Source: Anthoceros angustus (taxonomy: Eukaryota; Plantae; Anthocerotophyta). From it: a stretch of DNA of 64,000 nt. Position 1 is the first letter of the stretch; the number at the start of each line of letters is the position of its first letter. The position numbers and the translations under genes were made by a program. Below the pieces are notes generated by a model. It did no database searches, was not told where the DNA came from, and worked only from the letters and a program-made list of their open reading frames with translations. The stretch spans positions 260,369 through 324,368 of the forward strand of contig MU008178.1 of assembly GCA_010909165.1 (NCBI GenBank). The letters run 5' to 3'. Shown here in pieces: positions 36,067 through 49,853 of the stretch.

Positions 36067-36649
36067 GAGAGAAACCCTTGAACCTTTGTCTATCTTTTAT
36101 ATTGTAGCAATGTCTTTTAAAATTTTTCGTTAACGCAGAACCGATATAGGATCGGGGATTGTGATTCTAACGTCGTAACAATCCTTGTCCACATGTCATC
36201 CAGCAAATTTCTGATTTTGAAGAAACTCCTCTATACCCCACCGGCTTAGCCCACGCAAGGCCCAATGCCGCGCGTTGGAGCCACAGTGGTAAGACAAACA
36301 ATCCACACAACGCCTCCGCATTAAATCCGAGCGGACTTCAACACCTAGTTGGTCCAAGTCACTCCCACGCAATTTATGGGAAGCGGTGTTAAGGATAGTT
36401 TTGAATGTCTAACAACAACCCATCACAAACCTCCCCACCCGCCGAACCCTTGCAGCAGATTTCAAGAGACTCGGGAAAATGAGTGTGATGCAGAGTTATG
36501 TCAGCGCGATGCAGGGCTTGACAGAGAATCAATCACGTTCTTGAATGTCAAGGCCGGGACGGCGGGACCAAAGAACTAAGGATGGACTATTTCACAAAGT
36601 TCAAAAACGTTGAAGTAAATATGGCGAAATAAACTTGGGCTCCAAATGA

Positions 36650-37307
36650 ATCAAGGTCCCATGCTCGCAAGAGATGTGTATCACTCGCTTGGCCACCCTT
36701 TTGTGCCCTTCACTAGATAGAAGGTTGACCTAAAGCAATTCTAGTCAAATTGTTTAGTCACAACGTTCCGACGCAGAGGAGTGGACCAGCGATGTGATCG
36801 CAAAGGGTATCGTGCCACTCACCTTCACTATCTCGGTCGAGAATGAGGAAGGTTGTAGGCAACCAACACACGAAATGGAAAGCTGCACAAAAGCGACTTA
36901 TCATACAACTAGGTAGAGCCCGTATAATGTGATGACAAATGGGCACAATCACCTTAAAAGGGTCTCCTCTCAATGACCGCACGTAAAGGGAATTTTTCAT
37001 ACCACGACCTTGCAACATAGCACATGCTGCGTTAGATTGTTGCAAACTACATATCTTTGTTGACTGGTAAATCCACCATCAAAGTAACATACCTCAACGC
37101 CACATCCCAAAGACGCCTCCCTGTGTGTGCAGAAATACGTCGACATTCTCCTCACAACTTCATGTGATTATGTAATGCCTTCCATTCATATAGTAAGGCG
37201 TGTGTAATTATTACGATGGGAGCCATGTCAAACATCATATGCAATATGCCATCCACAAGCAGATGTTGCCGTCGTGCAACCAATCAAATTCGGATGATAC
37301 GTTTAGA
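36650..37307 (-). pseudogene. Antisense DHU1-like 3' fragment, unit 3
   Basis: Reverse complement matches the DHU1 3' end. Confidence 0.85.
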
Positions 37308-38383
37308 TTTCTTCGCACATCTTCTCTCCAACCACCTCATCCGCAAGGACCTCAAATTAAGATACCTTCGTCTCACTTGGTCCCCATTTCAAAAGGAGGA
37401 GTTTTGTGTCAATCCTCCTTTTGGTTTCTCACCAGCCCGCTATCAACTTAGTTCTCTTCTTTCCTTCAAACTCCGTAAACTCAATTTAGTTAATTGTTAG
37501 CTCGCATCACCTCGGGATTGAGACGGGTGCGGCATGAAAGGCGTTCTTAGGCGCCGATTCGGTGTCTGGCGGCTAGGGCTCATCTCTTACCAAGATGGCT
37601 GTTAATCGGCGATATTAGCTAGATAGTTCTATAATGAGGAGAAAGATTTAGGCAAATGTTTCGATGTGAGGCGATTCCTATCACGAGTCTTTTAGATAGA
37701 CTTGACGATCCCGGCTATAATCTATCGGGTTGGATAATCGAAATGAGCAACTTTTTGTGTCTAGTTTGTCGTTTTGCAAATAGGTTACAACTTTTCACAT
37801 CCTGAAAGATGGCTTGATTACGATCGTGGTGCAAGTATGCAGGCAGACATGGTCATAGATACCACCAAACCTAATTGAAGAGATCACAAGATCTCAACGC
37901 AAATGGAGATCAATGTCATGAGTTTTCACCTTCGTCGCTTTGCCTCAGTTTGAGTGGATCATGCTACCGCTAATTGTATTTTTGATCCAACTTTGGAACT
38001 CCCACAATAGAGAACCTTGGGAAAGATGATTAATCAGTAACAAAGGTCGGAACAATTTGGGGTACATCAATATAGTTAGTTGTGATGGACTTGGATCATG
38101 TGATTGATAACCCTCATCCAATGATTTTTTTGTGTTTTTAATATTATTTTAACATTATCGCTCCCAATTCCAAACCCAATTCGCCAAAGAAAAAAGAAGA
38201 TGGTCTTTTATGCTGAAACATATTGTACTCAATATTTAATTAAATATTAAATATATTTATTATCGAGAGTTTGGAATGGAGAAGGCTATATATATGTAGA
38301 CTTGCAGGTCTTAAGTCCTCATCCTTTTCAGTCTTTGGGGATAAGGTATATGATTATTTGTGATAGAAAATAGAATTGTCACC

Positions 38384-40304
38384 ATGTTTGTTTGGTTACT
38401 TGTATGCTTGTTTAATGTGTCCATATTGTATCACAATGGAGTTGTGATGGCAAACATATTGAGTCTACCCCTTGGATGATGCCAACTTCCTCTTAACCAA
38501 TTTTCAAAAGGCCATTCCTCGAATCGCATAATGTATTCCACTTGTTCTACTTTATATTTGTTTGATCCAATAGTACATTCATCAATGTGCATGTGATTAT
38601 ACAAACGATATTTCTTTTGTTTTCAATGGAGTGATTATGCATGTGAATGACGATAATTCTTTGGTGAGTGTCCTGCGACTTTCGGATGGTACAATCGTAG
38701 ATTGCGTGAAGATAGAAGATCAATTAACGTTACAACATCCACTTTTTGAAGGACATGTTATACAAGTATGTATTTATATTCAAGTTACAAGTCATTCTTG
38801 TAATCAACAATATCTAGAACATTCAAGTATGGATATTAATATAGTTTTGTTTTTGCGAAACCACCGGTTTCACTAAGACATAATTATGTGGAGTCCACGA
38901 ATGTCAAACGTGCAATCCAAATTTATGAACAAGAAGTGGGTTCATGTCCAAAAGGTACCATTCCAATTCAAAGGTTCACTTACGAGCAAATGAATAGAAG
39001 TATAGAAGTGAAGAGGAGAGTCGACATAAGTCGCGAGGTGAAGAGGAGAGTCGACAATGGACGGAGGTCTCTCCTCATGTTGAAGATGATGGCTTTTTAT
39101 TTGAGGTATACTATTCATGGTCCACATTCCATTTTGTTTACACTTAAGGGTATTTGCACGATACTAATGAGGATAAATTTGCAGTGATACTAAATATGAA
39201 TTGACTCGTATGTTTATGTGAGATACAGATAATTGTACAACAACAAGACTACTTTTATGGAGCTGCGGTGATTAGCATTTGGGATCAGTTGTGAGAGAGG
39301 TCCAAATGATTTCTCAAGCTCATATATTCGTCTTGAAAGCCGGAGACTATGGCGAATATAATGGTGTTGATATTGGATGGCATGTAAGTCAAAAGGGTAT
39401 AGTATTTGTTTGTTTTTATAAGCGCAAATGATACATGTACTTATTTTTCTCGCTTGTTGCAATTGCAGAAATTTCCATTTTGTATTCAAATGACCCTCTA
39501 CCTCGTTTGTACATTGGATATAAGGTTAGTTCATACACTCATATGCGTTCCTATATTTAATTATATTATTTTTGAAAATCAGTTGGGTTCCAAACAACAA
39601 TCCTTTCATCTTATGTGGTCCATGTACAACGGTGTTTTAACTTGTTTTCTGGGTTTGTGCAAACTAATCCGCATTTGTGTTCGTGGTGCTTTCCTCACCG
39701 ATTATGAGGGACAACTATAAATGCTCGATAAGCAAAGTAAGTATAACAATCTTTTATCAACAATTAGACAACAAAATGGACTTATTGACTCTCCATACTC
39801 ATTCTTAGTTTGGACAATGTGATCCGGATTCAAACACGGCTGATTTATGGTTGTTTATTAATGGACAAGCGGTTGGTTATTGGCCGACATCAATATTTGA
39901 TGGCTTTCTTTCTCTTGAACTATTTAATCACCGGAATGGGAGGCAACCTTGGTATGACAAGTAAATATTCGCAAGTCATGTTGGGAAATGGGAGACTAGG
40001 GACTGATGTTCATGGTCCAGCACAGGTTGGTGACAGGAGTGTACCGGCCTATCAAAACAGCTTGATGTATTTGATGAAGGATGACAAGAATAACATGCTG
40101 ATTCCAAATTTCCTTGATAGAATAGTAATCCATTCAACTTATGAGGACAATTGGAATGGAAAATCATTCTATGTTCAGTAAACAATATTCTTCACAGTAT
40201 CCGGTTTTTTTTGGTGGGCGAGTGGTTCGAGATACCTTAGTCTCAAATCTTCCTCTTATGAAGCTAGTGAAGATACGGATGCATTTATGGAAGAAGTGCT
40301 ATGA
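38384..40304 (+). CDS. Neprosin-like gene copy 4
   Basis: Same motifs. The stretch GNGRLGTDVHGPAQVGDRSVPAYQNSLMYLMKDDKNNMLIPNFLDR is identical to the clean exon at 23423-23908. Confidence 0.78.
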
Positions 40305-40872
40305 GAGAGAAACCCTTGAACCTTTGTCTATCTTTTATATTGTAGCAATGTCTTTTAAAATTTTTCGTTAACGCAACCGATATAGGATCGGGGATTGTGA
40401 TTCTAACGTCGTAACAATCCTTGTCCACATGTCATCCAGCAAATTTCTGATTTTGAAGAAACTCCTCTATACCCCACCGGCTTAGCCACGCAAGGCCCAA
40501 TGTGCGTTGGAGCCACCAGTGGTAAGACAAACAATCCACACAACCTCCGCATTAAATCGACGGACTTCAACACCTAGTTGGTCCAAGTCACTCCCACGCA
40601 ATTTATGGGAAACTGTTAAGGATAGTTTTGAATGTCTAACAACAACCCATCACAAACCTCCCCACCAGAACCCTTGCAGCAGATTTCAAGAGACTCGGGA
40701 AAATGAGTGTGATGCACGAGTTATGTCAACGCGATGCGGGCTTGACAGAGAATCAATCACGTTCTTGAATGTCAAGGCCGGACAACGGGACCAAAGAACT
40801 AAGGATGGACTATTTCACAAAGTTCAAAAAGCGTTGAAGTAAATATGGCGAAATAAACTTGGGCTCCAAATG

Positions 40873-41537
40873 AATCAAGGTCCCATGCTCGCAAGAGATG
40901 TATCGCGGATTACCTTGGCCACCCCTTTTGTGCCCTTCACTAGATAGAAGGTTGACCTAAAGCAATTCTAGTCAAATTGTTTAGTCACAACGTTAAGAGC
41001 AGTAGGAGTGGACCAGCGAGTGCATCGTAGCGGGTATCGGGCCACTCACCTTCACTATCTCGGTCGAGAATGAGGAAGGTTGTAGGCAACCAACACACGA
41101 AATGGAAAGCCGCAAAAAGCGACTTATCATACAACTAGGTAGAGCAGTATAATGTGATGACAAATGGGCACAATCACCTTAAAAGGTCTCCTCTCAATGA
41201 CCGCACGTAAAGGGAATTTTTCATACCACGACCTTGCAACATAGCACATGCTGCGTTAGATTGTTGCAAACTACATATGCTTTGTTGACTGGTAAATCCA
41301 CCATCAAAGTAACATACCTCCAACGCCACATCCCAAAGACGCCTCCTGTGTGTGCACAGCAAATACGCATTTGACATTCTCCTCACAACTTCATGTGATT
41401 ATGTAATGCCTTCCATTCATATAGTAAGAGCGTGGATCGTACGTGGGAGCCATGTCAAACATCATATGCAATATGCCATCCACAACAGATGTTGCCGACG
41501 TCGTGCAACCAATCAAATTCGGATGATACGTTTAGAT
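40873..41537 (-). pseudogene. Antisense DHU1-like 3' fragment, unit 4
   Basis: Reverse complement matches the DHU1 3' end. Confidence 0.85.
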
Positions 41538-42593
41538 TTCTTGCACATCTTCTCTCCAACCACCTCATCCGCAAGGACCTCAAATTAAGATACCTTCGTC
41601 TCACTTGGTCCCCATTTCAAAAGGAGGAGTTTTGTGTCAATCCTCCTTTTGGTTTCTCACCAGCCCGCTATCAACTTAGTTCTCTTCTTTCCTTCAAACT
41701 CAAACTCAATTTAGTTAATTGTTAGCTCGCATCACCTCGTGGATTGAGGCGGGTGCGGCATGAAAGGCGTTCTTAGACAGCCGATTCGGTGTAGGCGGCT
41801 AGGGCTCTGTCTCTTACCAAGATGGCGTTAATCCAGATATTAGCTAGATAGTTCTATAATGAGGAGAAAGATTTAGGCAAATGTTTACGATGTGACGATT
41901 CCTATCACGAGTCTTTTAGATAGACTTGACCAGTCCGGCTATAATCTATCGAGTTGGATAATCGAAATGAGCAACTTTTTGTGTCTAGTTTGTCGTTTGC
42001 AAATAGGTTACAACTTTTCACATCCCGTGAAAGATGGCTTGATTACGTGGTGCAAGTATGCAGATATGGTCATAGATACCACCAAACCTAATTGAAGAGA
42101 TCACAAGATCTCAACGCAAATGGAGATCAATGTCATGAGTTTTCACCTTCGTCGACTTTGCCTCGGTTTGAGTGGATCATGCTACCGCTAATTGTATTTT
42201 TGATCCAACTTTGGAACTCCCACAATAGAGAACCTTGGGAAAGATGATTAATCTGTAACAAAGGTGCGGAACAATTTGGGGTACATCAATATAGTTAGTT
42301 GTGATGGACTTGGATCATGTGATTGATAACCCTCATCCAATGATTTTTTTGTGTTTTTAATATTATTTTAACATTATCGCTCCCAATTCCAAACCCACTC
42401 GCCAAAGAAAAAGAAGATGGTCTTTTATGCAACATATTGTACTCAATATTTAATTAAATATTAAATATATTTATTATCGAGAGTTTGGAATGGAGAAGGC
42501 TATATATATGTAGACTTGGGTCTTAAGTCCTCATCCTTTTCGATCTGGGGATAAGGTATATGATTATTTGTGATAGAAAATAGAATTGTCACC

Positions 42594-44513
42594 ATGTTTG
42601 TTTGGTTACTTGTATGCTTGTTTAATGTGTCCATATTGTATCACAATGGAGTTGTGATGGCAAACATATTGAGTCTACCCCTTGGATGATGCCAACTTCC
42701 TCTTAACCAATTTTCAAAGGCCATTCCTCGAATCGCATAATGTATTCCACTTGTTCTACTTTATATTTGTTTGATCCAATAATTCATCAATGTGCATGTG
42801 ATTATACAAACGATATTTCTTTTGTTTTCAATGGAGTGATTATGCATGTGGACGAACGATAATTCTTTGGTGAGTGTCCTGCAGCTTTCGGATGGTACAA
42901 TCGTAGATTGCATGAAGATAGAAGATCAATTAACGTTACAACATCCACTTTTTGAAGGACATGTTATACAAGTATGTATTTATATTCAAGTTACAAGTCA
43001 TTCTTGTAATCAACAATATCTAGAACATTCAAGTATGGATATTAATATAGTTTTGTTTTTGCAGAAACCACCGGTTTCACTAAGACATAATTATGTGGAG
43101 TCCACGAATGTCAAACGTGCAATCCAAATTTATGAACAAGAAGTGGGTTCATGTCCAAAAGGTACCATTCCAATTCAAAGGTTCACTTACGAGCAAATGA
43201 ATAGAAGTATAGAAGTGAAGAGGAGAGTCGACATAAGTCGCGAGGTGAAGAGGAGAGTCGACAATGGACGGAGGTCTCTCCTCATGTTGAAGATGATGGC
43301 TTTTATTTGAGGTATACTATTCATGGTCCACATTCCATTTTGTTTACACTTAAGGGTATTTGCACCGATACTAATGAGGATAAATTTGCAGTGATACTAA
43401 ATATGAATTGACTCGTATGTTTATGTGAGATACAGCCGTATCTGCATAACAACAAGACTACTTTTATGGAGTGGTGCGGTGATTAGCATTTGGGATCCAG
43501 TTGTGAGAGAGGTCCAATGATTTCTCAAGCTCATATATTCGTCTTGAAAGCCGTGGAGACTATGGCGAATATAATGGTGTTGATATTGGATGGCATGTAA
43601 GTCAAAAGGGTATAGTATTTGTTTGTTTTTATAAGCGCAAATGATACATGTACTTATTTTTCTCGCTTGTTGCAATTGCAGAAATTTCCATTTTGTATTC
43701 AAATGACCCTCTACCTCGTTTGTACATTGGATATAAGGTTAGTTCATACACTCATGTGCGTTCCTATATTTAATTATATTATTTTGAAAATCATTGGGTT
43801 CCAAACAACAATCCTTTCATCTTATGTGTCCCATGTACAACGGTGTTTTAACTTGTTTTGCGCTGGGTTTGTGCAAACTAATCCGCATTTGTGTTCGGTG
43901 GTGCTTTCCTCACCGATTATGAGGGGACAACTATAAATGCTCGATAAGCAAAGTAAGTATAACAATCTTTTATCAACAATTAGACAACAAAATGGACTTA
44001 TTGACTCTCCATACTCATTCTTAGTTTGGACAATGTGATCCGAGGATTCAAACACGGCTGATTTATGGTTGTTTATTAATGGACAAGCGGTTGGTTATTG
44101 GCCGACATCAATATTTGATGGCTTTCTTTCTCTTGAACTATTTAATCACGGAATGGGAGGCAACCTTGGTATGACAAGTAAATATTCGCAAGTCATGTTG
44201 GGAAATGGGAGACTAGGGATGATGCTCATGGTCCAAAGAGTTGGTGACAGAGTGTACCGCCTATCAAAACGGCTTGATGTATTTGATGAAGGATGACAAG
44301 AATAACATCGATTCCAAATTTCCTTGATAGAATAGTAATCCATTCAACTTATGAAGACAATTGGAATGGAAAATCATTCTATGTTCCGACAGTAAACAAT
44401 ATTCTTCACAGTATCCGGTTTTTTGGTGGGCGAGTGGTTTATACCTTAGTCTCAAATCTTCCTCTTATGAAGCTAGTGAAGATACGGATGCATTTATGGA
44501 AGAAGTGCTATGA
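42594..44513 (+). CDS. Neprosin-like gene copy 5
   Basis: Same motifs. The only copy showing canonical TGCAG acceptors before both exon 2 (~42880) and exon 3 (~43062). Confidence 0.78.
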
Positions 44514-45144
44514 GAGAGAAACCCTTGAACCTTTGTCTATCTTTTATATTGTAGCAATGTCTTTTAAAATTTTTCGTTAACGCAGAACCGATATAGGATC
44601 GGGATTGTGATTCTAACGTCGTAACAATCCTTGTCCACATGTCATCCAGCAAATTTCTGATTTTGAAGAAACTCCTCTATACCCCACCGGCTTAGCCCAC
44701 GCAAGGCCCAATGCGTGCGTTGGAGCCAGTGGTAAGACAAACAATCCACACAACGCGTACCTCCGCATTAAATCCGAAGCGGACTTCAACACCTAGTTGG
44801 TCCAAGTCACTCCCACGCAATTTATGGGAAGCGGTGTTAAGGATAGTTTTGAATGTCTAACAACAACCCATCACAAACCTCCCACCAACCCTTGCAGCAG
44901 ATTTCAAGAGACTCGGGGAAAATGAGTGTGATGCACCGAGTTATGTCAACGCGATGGCTTGACATGAGAATCAATCACGTTCTTGAATGTCAAGGCCGGA
45001 GGGACCAAAGAACTAAGGATGGACTATTTCACAAAGTTCAAAAACGTTGAAGTAAATATGGCGAAATAAACTTGGGCTCCAACGCACGGCATTGGGCCTT
45101 GTGTGGGCTAAGCCAGGTGGGGTATAGAGGAGTTTCTTCAAAAT

Positions 45145-45975
45145 CAGAAATTTCCATTTTGTATTCAAATGACCCTCTACCTCGTTTGTACATTGGATAT
45201 AAGGTTAGTTCATACACTCATGTGCGTTCCTATATTTAATTATATTATTTTGAAAATCAGTTGGGTTCCAAACAACAATCCTTTCATCTTATGTAGTCCA
45301 TGTACAACGGTGTTTTAACTTGTTTTGCGCTGGGTTTGTGCAAACTAATCCGCATTTGTGTTCGGTGGTGCTTTCCTCACGATTATGAGGGGACAACTAT
45401 AAATGCTCGGATAAGCAAAGTAAGTATAACAATCTTTTATCAACAATTAGACAACAAAATGGACTTATTGACTCTCCATACTCATTCTTAGTTTGGACAA
45501 TGTGATCCGTGATTCAAACACGGCTGATTTATGGTTGTTTATTAATGGACAAGCGGTTGGTTATTGGCCGACATCAATATTTGATGGCTTTCTTTCTCTT
45601 GAACTATTTAATCACCGGAATGGGAGGCAACCTTGGTATGACAAGTAAATATTAAAGTCATGTTGGGAAATGGGAGACTAGGGATGATGCTCATGGTCCA
45701 AAGACAGTTGGTGACAGGTGCGCCTATCAAAACGGCTTGATGTATTTGATGAAGGATGACAAGAATAACATGTCGATTCCAAATTTCCTTGATAGAATAG
45801 TAATCCATTCAACTTATGAAGACAATTGGAATGGAAAATCATTCTATGTTATCGTAACAATATTCTTCACAGTATCGGTTTTTTGGTGGGCGAGTGGTTC
45901 GATACCTTAGTCTCAAATCTTCCTCTTATGAAGCTAGTGAAGATAATGGATGCATTTATGGAAGAAGTGCTATGA
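45145..45975 (+). pseudogene. 5'-truncated neprosin-like copy (3' exons only)
   Basis: Starts at a CAGAAATTT junction with an inverted intergenic piece and runs to EEVL*. Confidence 0.8.
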
Positions 45976-46602
45976 GAGAGAAACCCTTGAACCTTTGTCT
46001 ATCTTTTATATTGTAGCAATGTCTTTTAAAATTTTTCAACGCAGAACCGATATAGGATCGATTGTGATTCTAACGTCGTAACAATCCTTGTCCACATGTC
46101 ATCCAGCAAATTTCTGATTTTGAAGAAACTCCTCTATACCCCACCGGCTTAGCCCACGCAAGGCCCAATGCGTGCGTTGGAGCCAGTGGTAAGACAAACA
46201 ATCCACACACAACCTCCGCATTAAATCCGAACGGACTTCAACACCTAGTTGGTCCAAGTCACTCCCACGCAATTTATGGAAACGGTGTTAAGGATAGTTT
46301 TGAATGTCTAACAACAACCCATCACAAACCTCCCCACCCGAACCCTTGCAGCAGATTTCAAGAGACTCAGAAAATGAGTGTGATGCACCGAGTTATGTCA
46401 GCGATGCAGGGGCAGCCGTAATCAATCACGTTCTTGAATGTCAAGGCCGGACAAATGAGGGACCAAAGAACTAAGGATGGACTATTTCACAAAGTTCAAA
46501 AAGCGTTGAAGTAAATATGGCGAAATAAACTTGGCTCCAAATGAATCAAGGTCCCATGCTCGCAAGATGTGTATCTGATTACGCTTGGCCACCCTTTGTG
46601 CC

Positions 46603-46935
46603 CTTCACTAGCTTCATAAGAGGAAGATTTGAGCCTAAGTATCAACCACTCGCCCACCAAAAAAATAGATACCGAAGAATATTGTTTACGCAATGGAAAA
46701 TAGAATGATTTTCCATTCCAATTGTCCTCATAAGTTGAATGGATTACTATTCTATCAAGGAAATTTGGAATCGATGTTATTCTTGTCATCCTTCATCAAA
46801 TACATCAAAATTTGCTTTGATAGGTACACTCCACCAAACCTGTGGACCATGAACATCCGTCCCTAGTCTCCCATTTCCCAACATGACTTAGTATTTACTT
46901 GTCATACCAAGGTTGCCTCCCCATTCCGGTGATTA
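46603..46935 (-). pseudogene. Inverted fragment of the neprosin last exon
   Basis: Same orientation as 23455-23810; bounded by CTTCACTAG and GGTGATTA junctions. Confidence 0.85.
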
Positions 46936-47960
46936 GCATTTGGGATCCAGTTGTGAGAGAGGTCCAAATGATTTCTCAAGCTCATATATTCGTCTTGAAA
47001 GCCGGAGACTATGGCGAATATAATGGTGTTGATATTGGATGGCATGTAAGTCAAAAGGGTATAGTATTTGTTTGTTTTTATAAGCGCAAATGATACATGT
47101 ACTTATTTTTCTCGCTTGTTGCAATTGCAGAAATTTCCATTTTGTATTCAAATGACCCTCTACCTCGTTTGTACATTGGATATAAGGTTAGTTCATACAC
47201 TCATGTGCGTTCCTATATTTAATTATATTATTTTGAAAATCAGTTGGGTTCCAAACAACAATCCTTTCATCTTATGATCCATGTACAACGGGTGTTTTAA
47301 CTTGTTTTGCTGGGTTTGTGCAAACTAATCCGCATTTGTGTTCGGTGGTGCTTTCCTCCTCGATTATGAGGGGACAACTATAAATGCTCGGATAAGCAAA
47401 GTAAGTATAACAATCTTTTATCAACAATTAGACAACAAAATGGACTTATTGACTCTCCATACTCATTCTTAGTTTGGACAATGTGATCCAGGATTCAAAC
47501 ACGGCTGATTTATGGTTGTTTATTAATGGACAAGCGGTTGGTGGCCGACATCAATATTTGATGGCTTTCTTTCTTGAACTATTTAATCACCGGAATGGGA
47601 GGCAACCTTGGTATGACAAGTAAATATTCAAGTCATGTTGGGAAATGGGAGACTAGGGATGCTCATGGTCCAAAGACAAGTTGGTGAGTGGAGTGTACCG
47701 CCTATCAAAAACGCGGCTTGATGTATTTGATGAAGGATGACAAGAATAACATCGATTCCAAATTTCCTTGATAGAATAGTAATCCATTCAACTTATGAAG
47801 ACAATTGGAATGGAAAATCATTCTATGTTATCATTGTAAACAATATTCTTCACAGTATCTGGTTTTTTGGTGGGCGAGTGGTTCGAGATACCTTAGTCTC
47901 AAATCTTCCTCTTATGAAGCTAGTGAAGATACGGATGCATTTATGGAAGAAGTGCTATGA
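46928..47960 (+). pseudogene. 5'-truncated neprosin-like copy starting at (A)VISIWDPVV
   Basis: ORF 46899-47093 shows the junction; downstream exons continue to EEVL*. Confidence 0.8.
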
Positions 47961-48519
47961 GAGAGAAACCCTTGAACCTTTGTCTATCTTTTATATTGTA
48001 GCAATGTCTTTTAAAATTTTTCGTTAACGAACCGATATAGGATCGATTGTGATTCTAACGTAACAATCCTTGTCCACATGTCATCCAGCAAATTTCTGAT
48101 TTTGAAGAAACTCCTCTATACCCCACCTTAGCCCACGCAAGGCCCAATGCCGTGCGTTGGAGGGTAAGACAAACAATCCACACAACGCATTACCTCCGCA
48201 TTAAACCGAACGGACTTCAACACCTAGTTGGTCCAAGTCACTCCCACGCAATTTATGGGAAGCGGTGTTAAGGATAGTTTTGAATGTCTAACAACAACCC
48301 ATCACAAACCTCCCCACCGAACCCTTGCGCAGATTTCAAGAGACTCGGGGAAAATGAGTGTGATGCACCGAGTTATGTCAACGCAGCTTGACAGTGAGAA
48401 TCAATCACGTTCTTGAATGTCAAGGGACTGAGGGGACCAAAGAACTAAGGATGGACTATTTCACAAAGTTCAAAAAGCGTTGAAGTAAATATGGCGAAAT
48501 AAACTTGGGCTCCAAATGA

Positions 48520-49853
48520 ATCAAGGTCCCATGCTCGCAAGAGATGTGTCTGTCGCTTGGCCACCCTTTGTGCCCTTCACTAGATAGAAGGTTGACCTAA
48601 AGCAATTCTAGTCAAATTGTTTAGTCACAACGTTACCGAAGAGGAGTGGACCAGCGAGCGATCGCAAAGGGTATCACTCACTCACCTTCACTATCTCGTG
48701 TCGAGAATGAGGAAGGTTGTAGGCAACCAACACACGAAATGGAAAGCGCGAAACAACTTATCATACAACTAGGTAGAGCCCGTATAATGTGATGACAAAT
48801 GGGCACAATCACCTTAAAAGGGTCTCCTCTCAATGCATTTAAAGGGAATTTTTCATACCACGACCTTGCAACATAGCACATGCTGCGTTAGATTGTTGCA
48901 AACTACCTAGTTGGTCCAAGTCACTCCCACGCAATTTATGGAAACGGTGTTAAGGATAGTTTTGAATGTCTAACAACAACCCATCACAAACCTCCCCACC
49001 CGAACCCTTGCAGCAGATTTCAAGAGACTCGGGGAAAATGAGTGTGATGCACCGAGTTATGTCAGCGATGCAGGGGCAGCCGTAATCAATCACGTTCTTG
49101 AATGTCAAGGCCGGACAAATGAGGGGACCAAAGAACTAAGGATGGACTATTTCACAAAGTTCAAAAAGCGTTGAAGTAAATATGGCGAAATAAACTTGGC
49201 TCCAAATGAATCAAGGTCCCATGCTCGCAAGAGATGTGTATCTGATTACGCTTGGCCACCCTTTGTGCCCTTCACTAGATAGAAGGTTGACCTAAAGCAA
49301 TTCTAGTCAAATTGTTTAGTCACAACGTTAAGCCGATAGGAGTGGACCAGCGATGAGATCGTAGTATCGTGCCTCACCTTCACTATCTCGTGTCGAGAAT
49401 GAGGAAGGTTGTAGGCAACCAACACACGAAATGGAAAGCACAAAAACGACTTATCATACAACTAGAGCCCGTATAATGTGATGACAAATGGGCACAATCA
49501 CCTTAAAAGGGTCTCCTCTCAATGACCGCACGTAAAGGGAATTTTTCATACCACGACCTTGCAACATAGCACATGCGTTAGATTGTTGCAAACTACATAT
49601 GCTTTGTTGACTGGTAAATCCACCATCAAAGTAACATACCTCCAACGCCACATCCCAAAGACGCCTCCCTGTGTGTGCACAAATCGTCGACATTCTCCTC
49701 ACAACTTCATGTGATTATGTAATGCCTTCCATTCATATATAGTAGGCGTGTGTAATTACTGACTGGGAGCCATGTCAAACATCATATGCAATATGCCATC
49801 CACAACAGATGTTGCCGTCGTGCAACCAATCAAATTCGATGATACGTTTAGAT
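48520..49853 (-). pseudogene. Antisense DHU1-like 3' fragments (partial 48520-48908, full 49209-49853) separated by a duplicated intergenic piece
   Basis: Reverse complement matches the DHU1 3' end; jump at CCTAGTTG 48906-48913. Confidence 0.8.
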
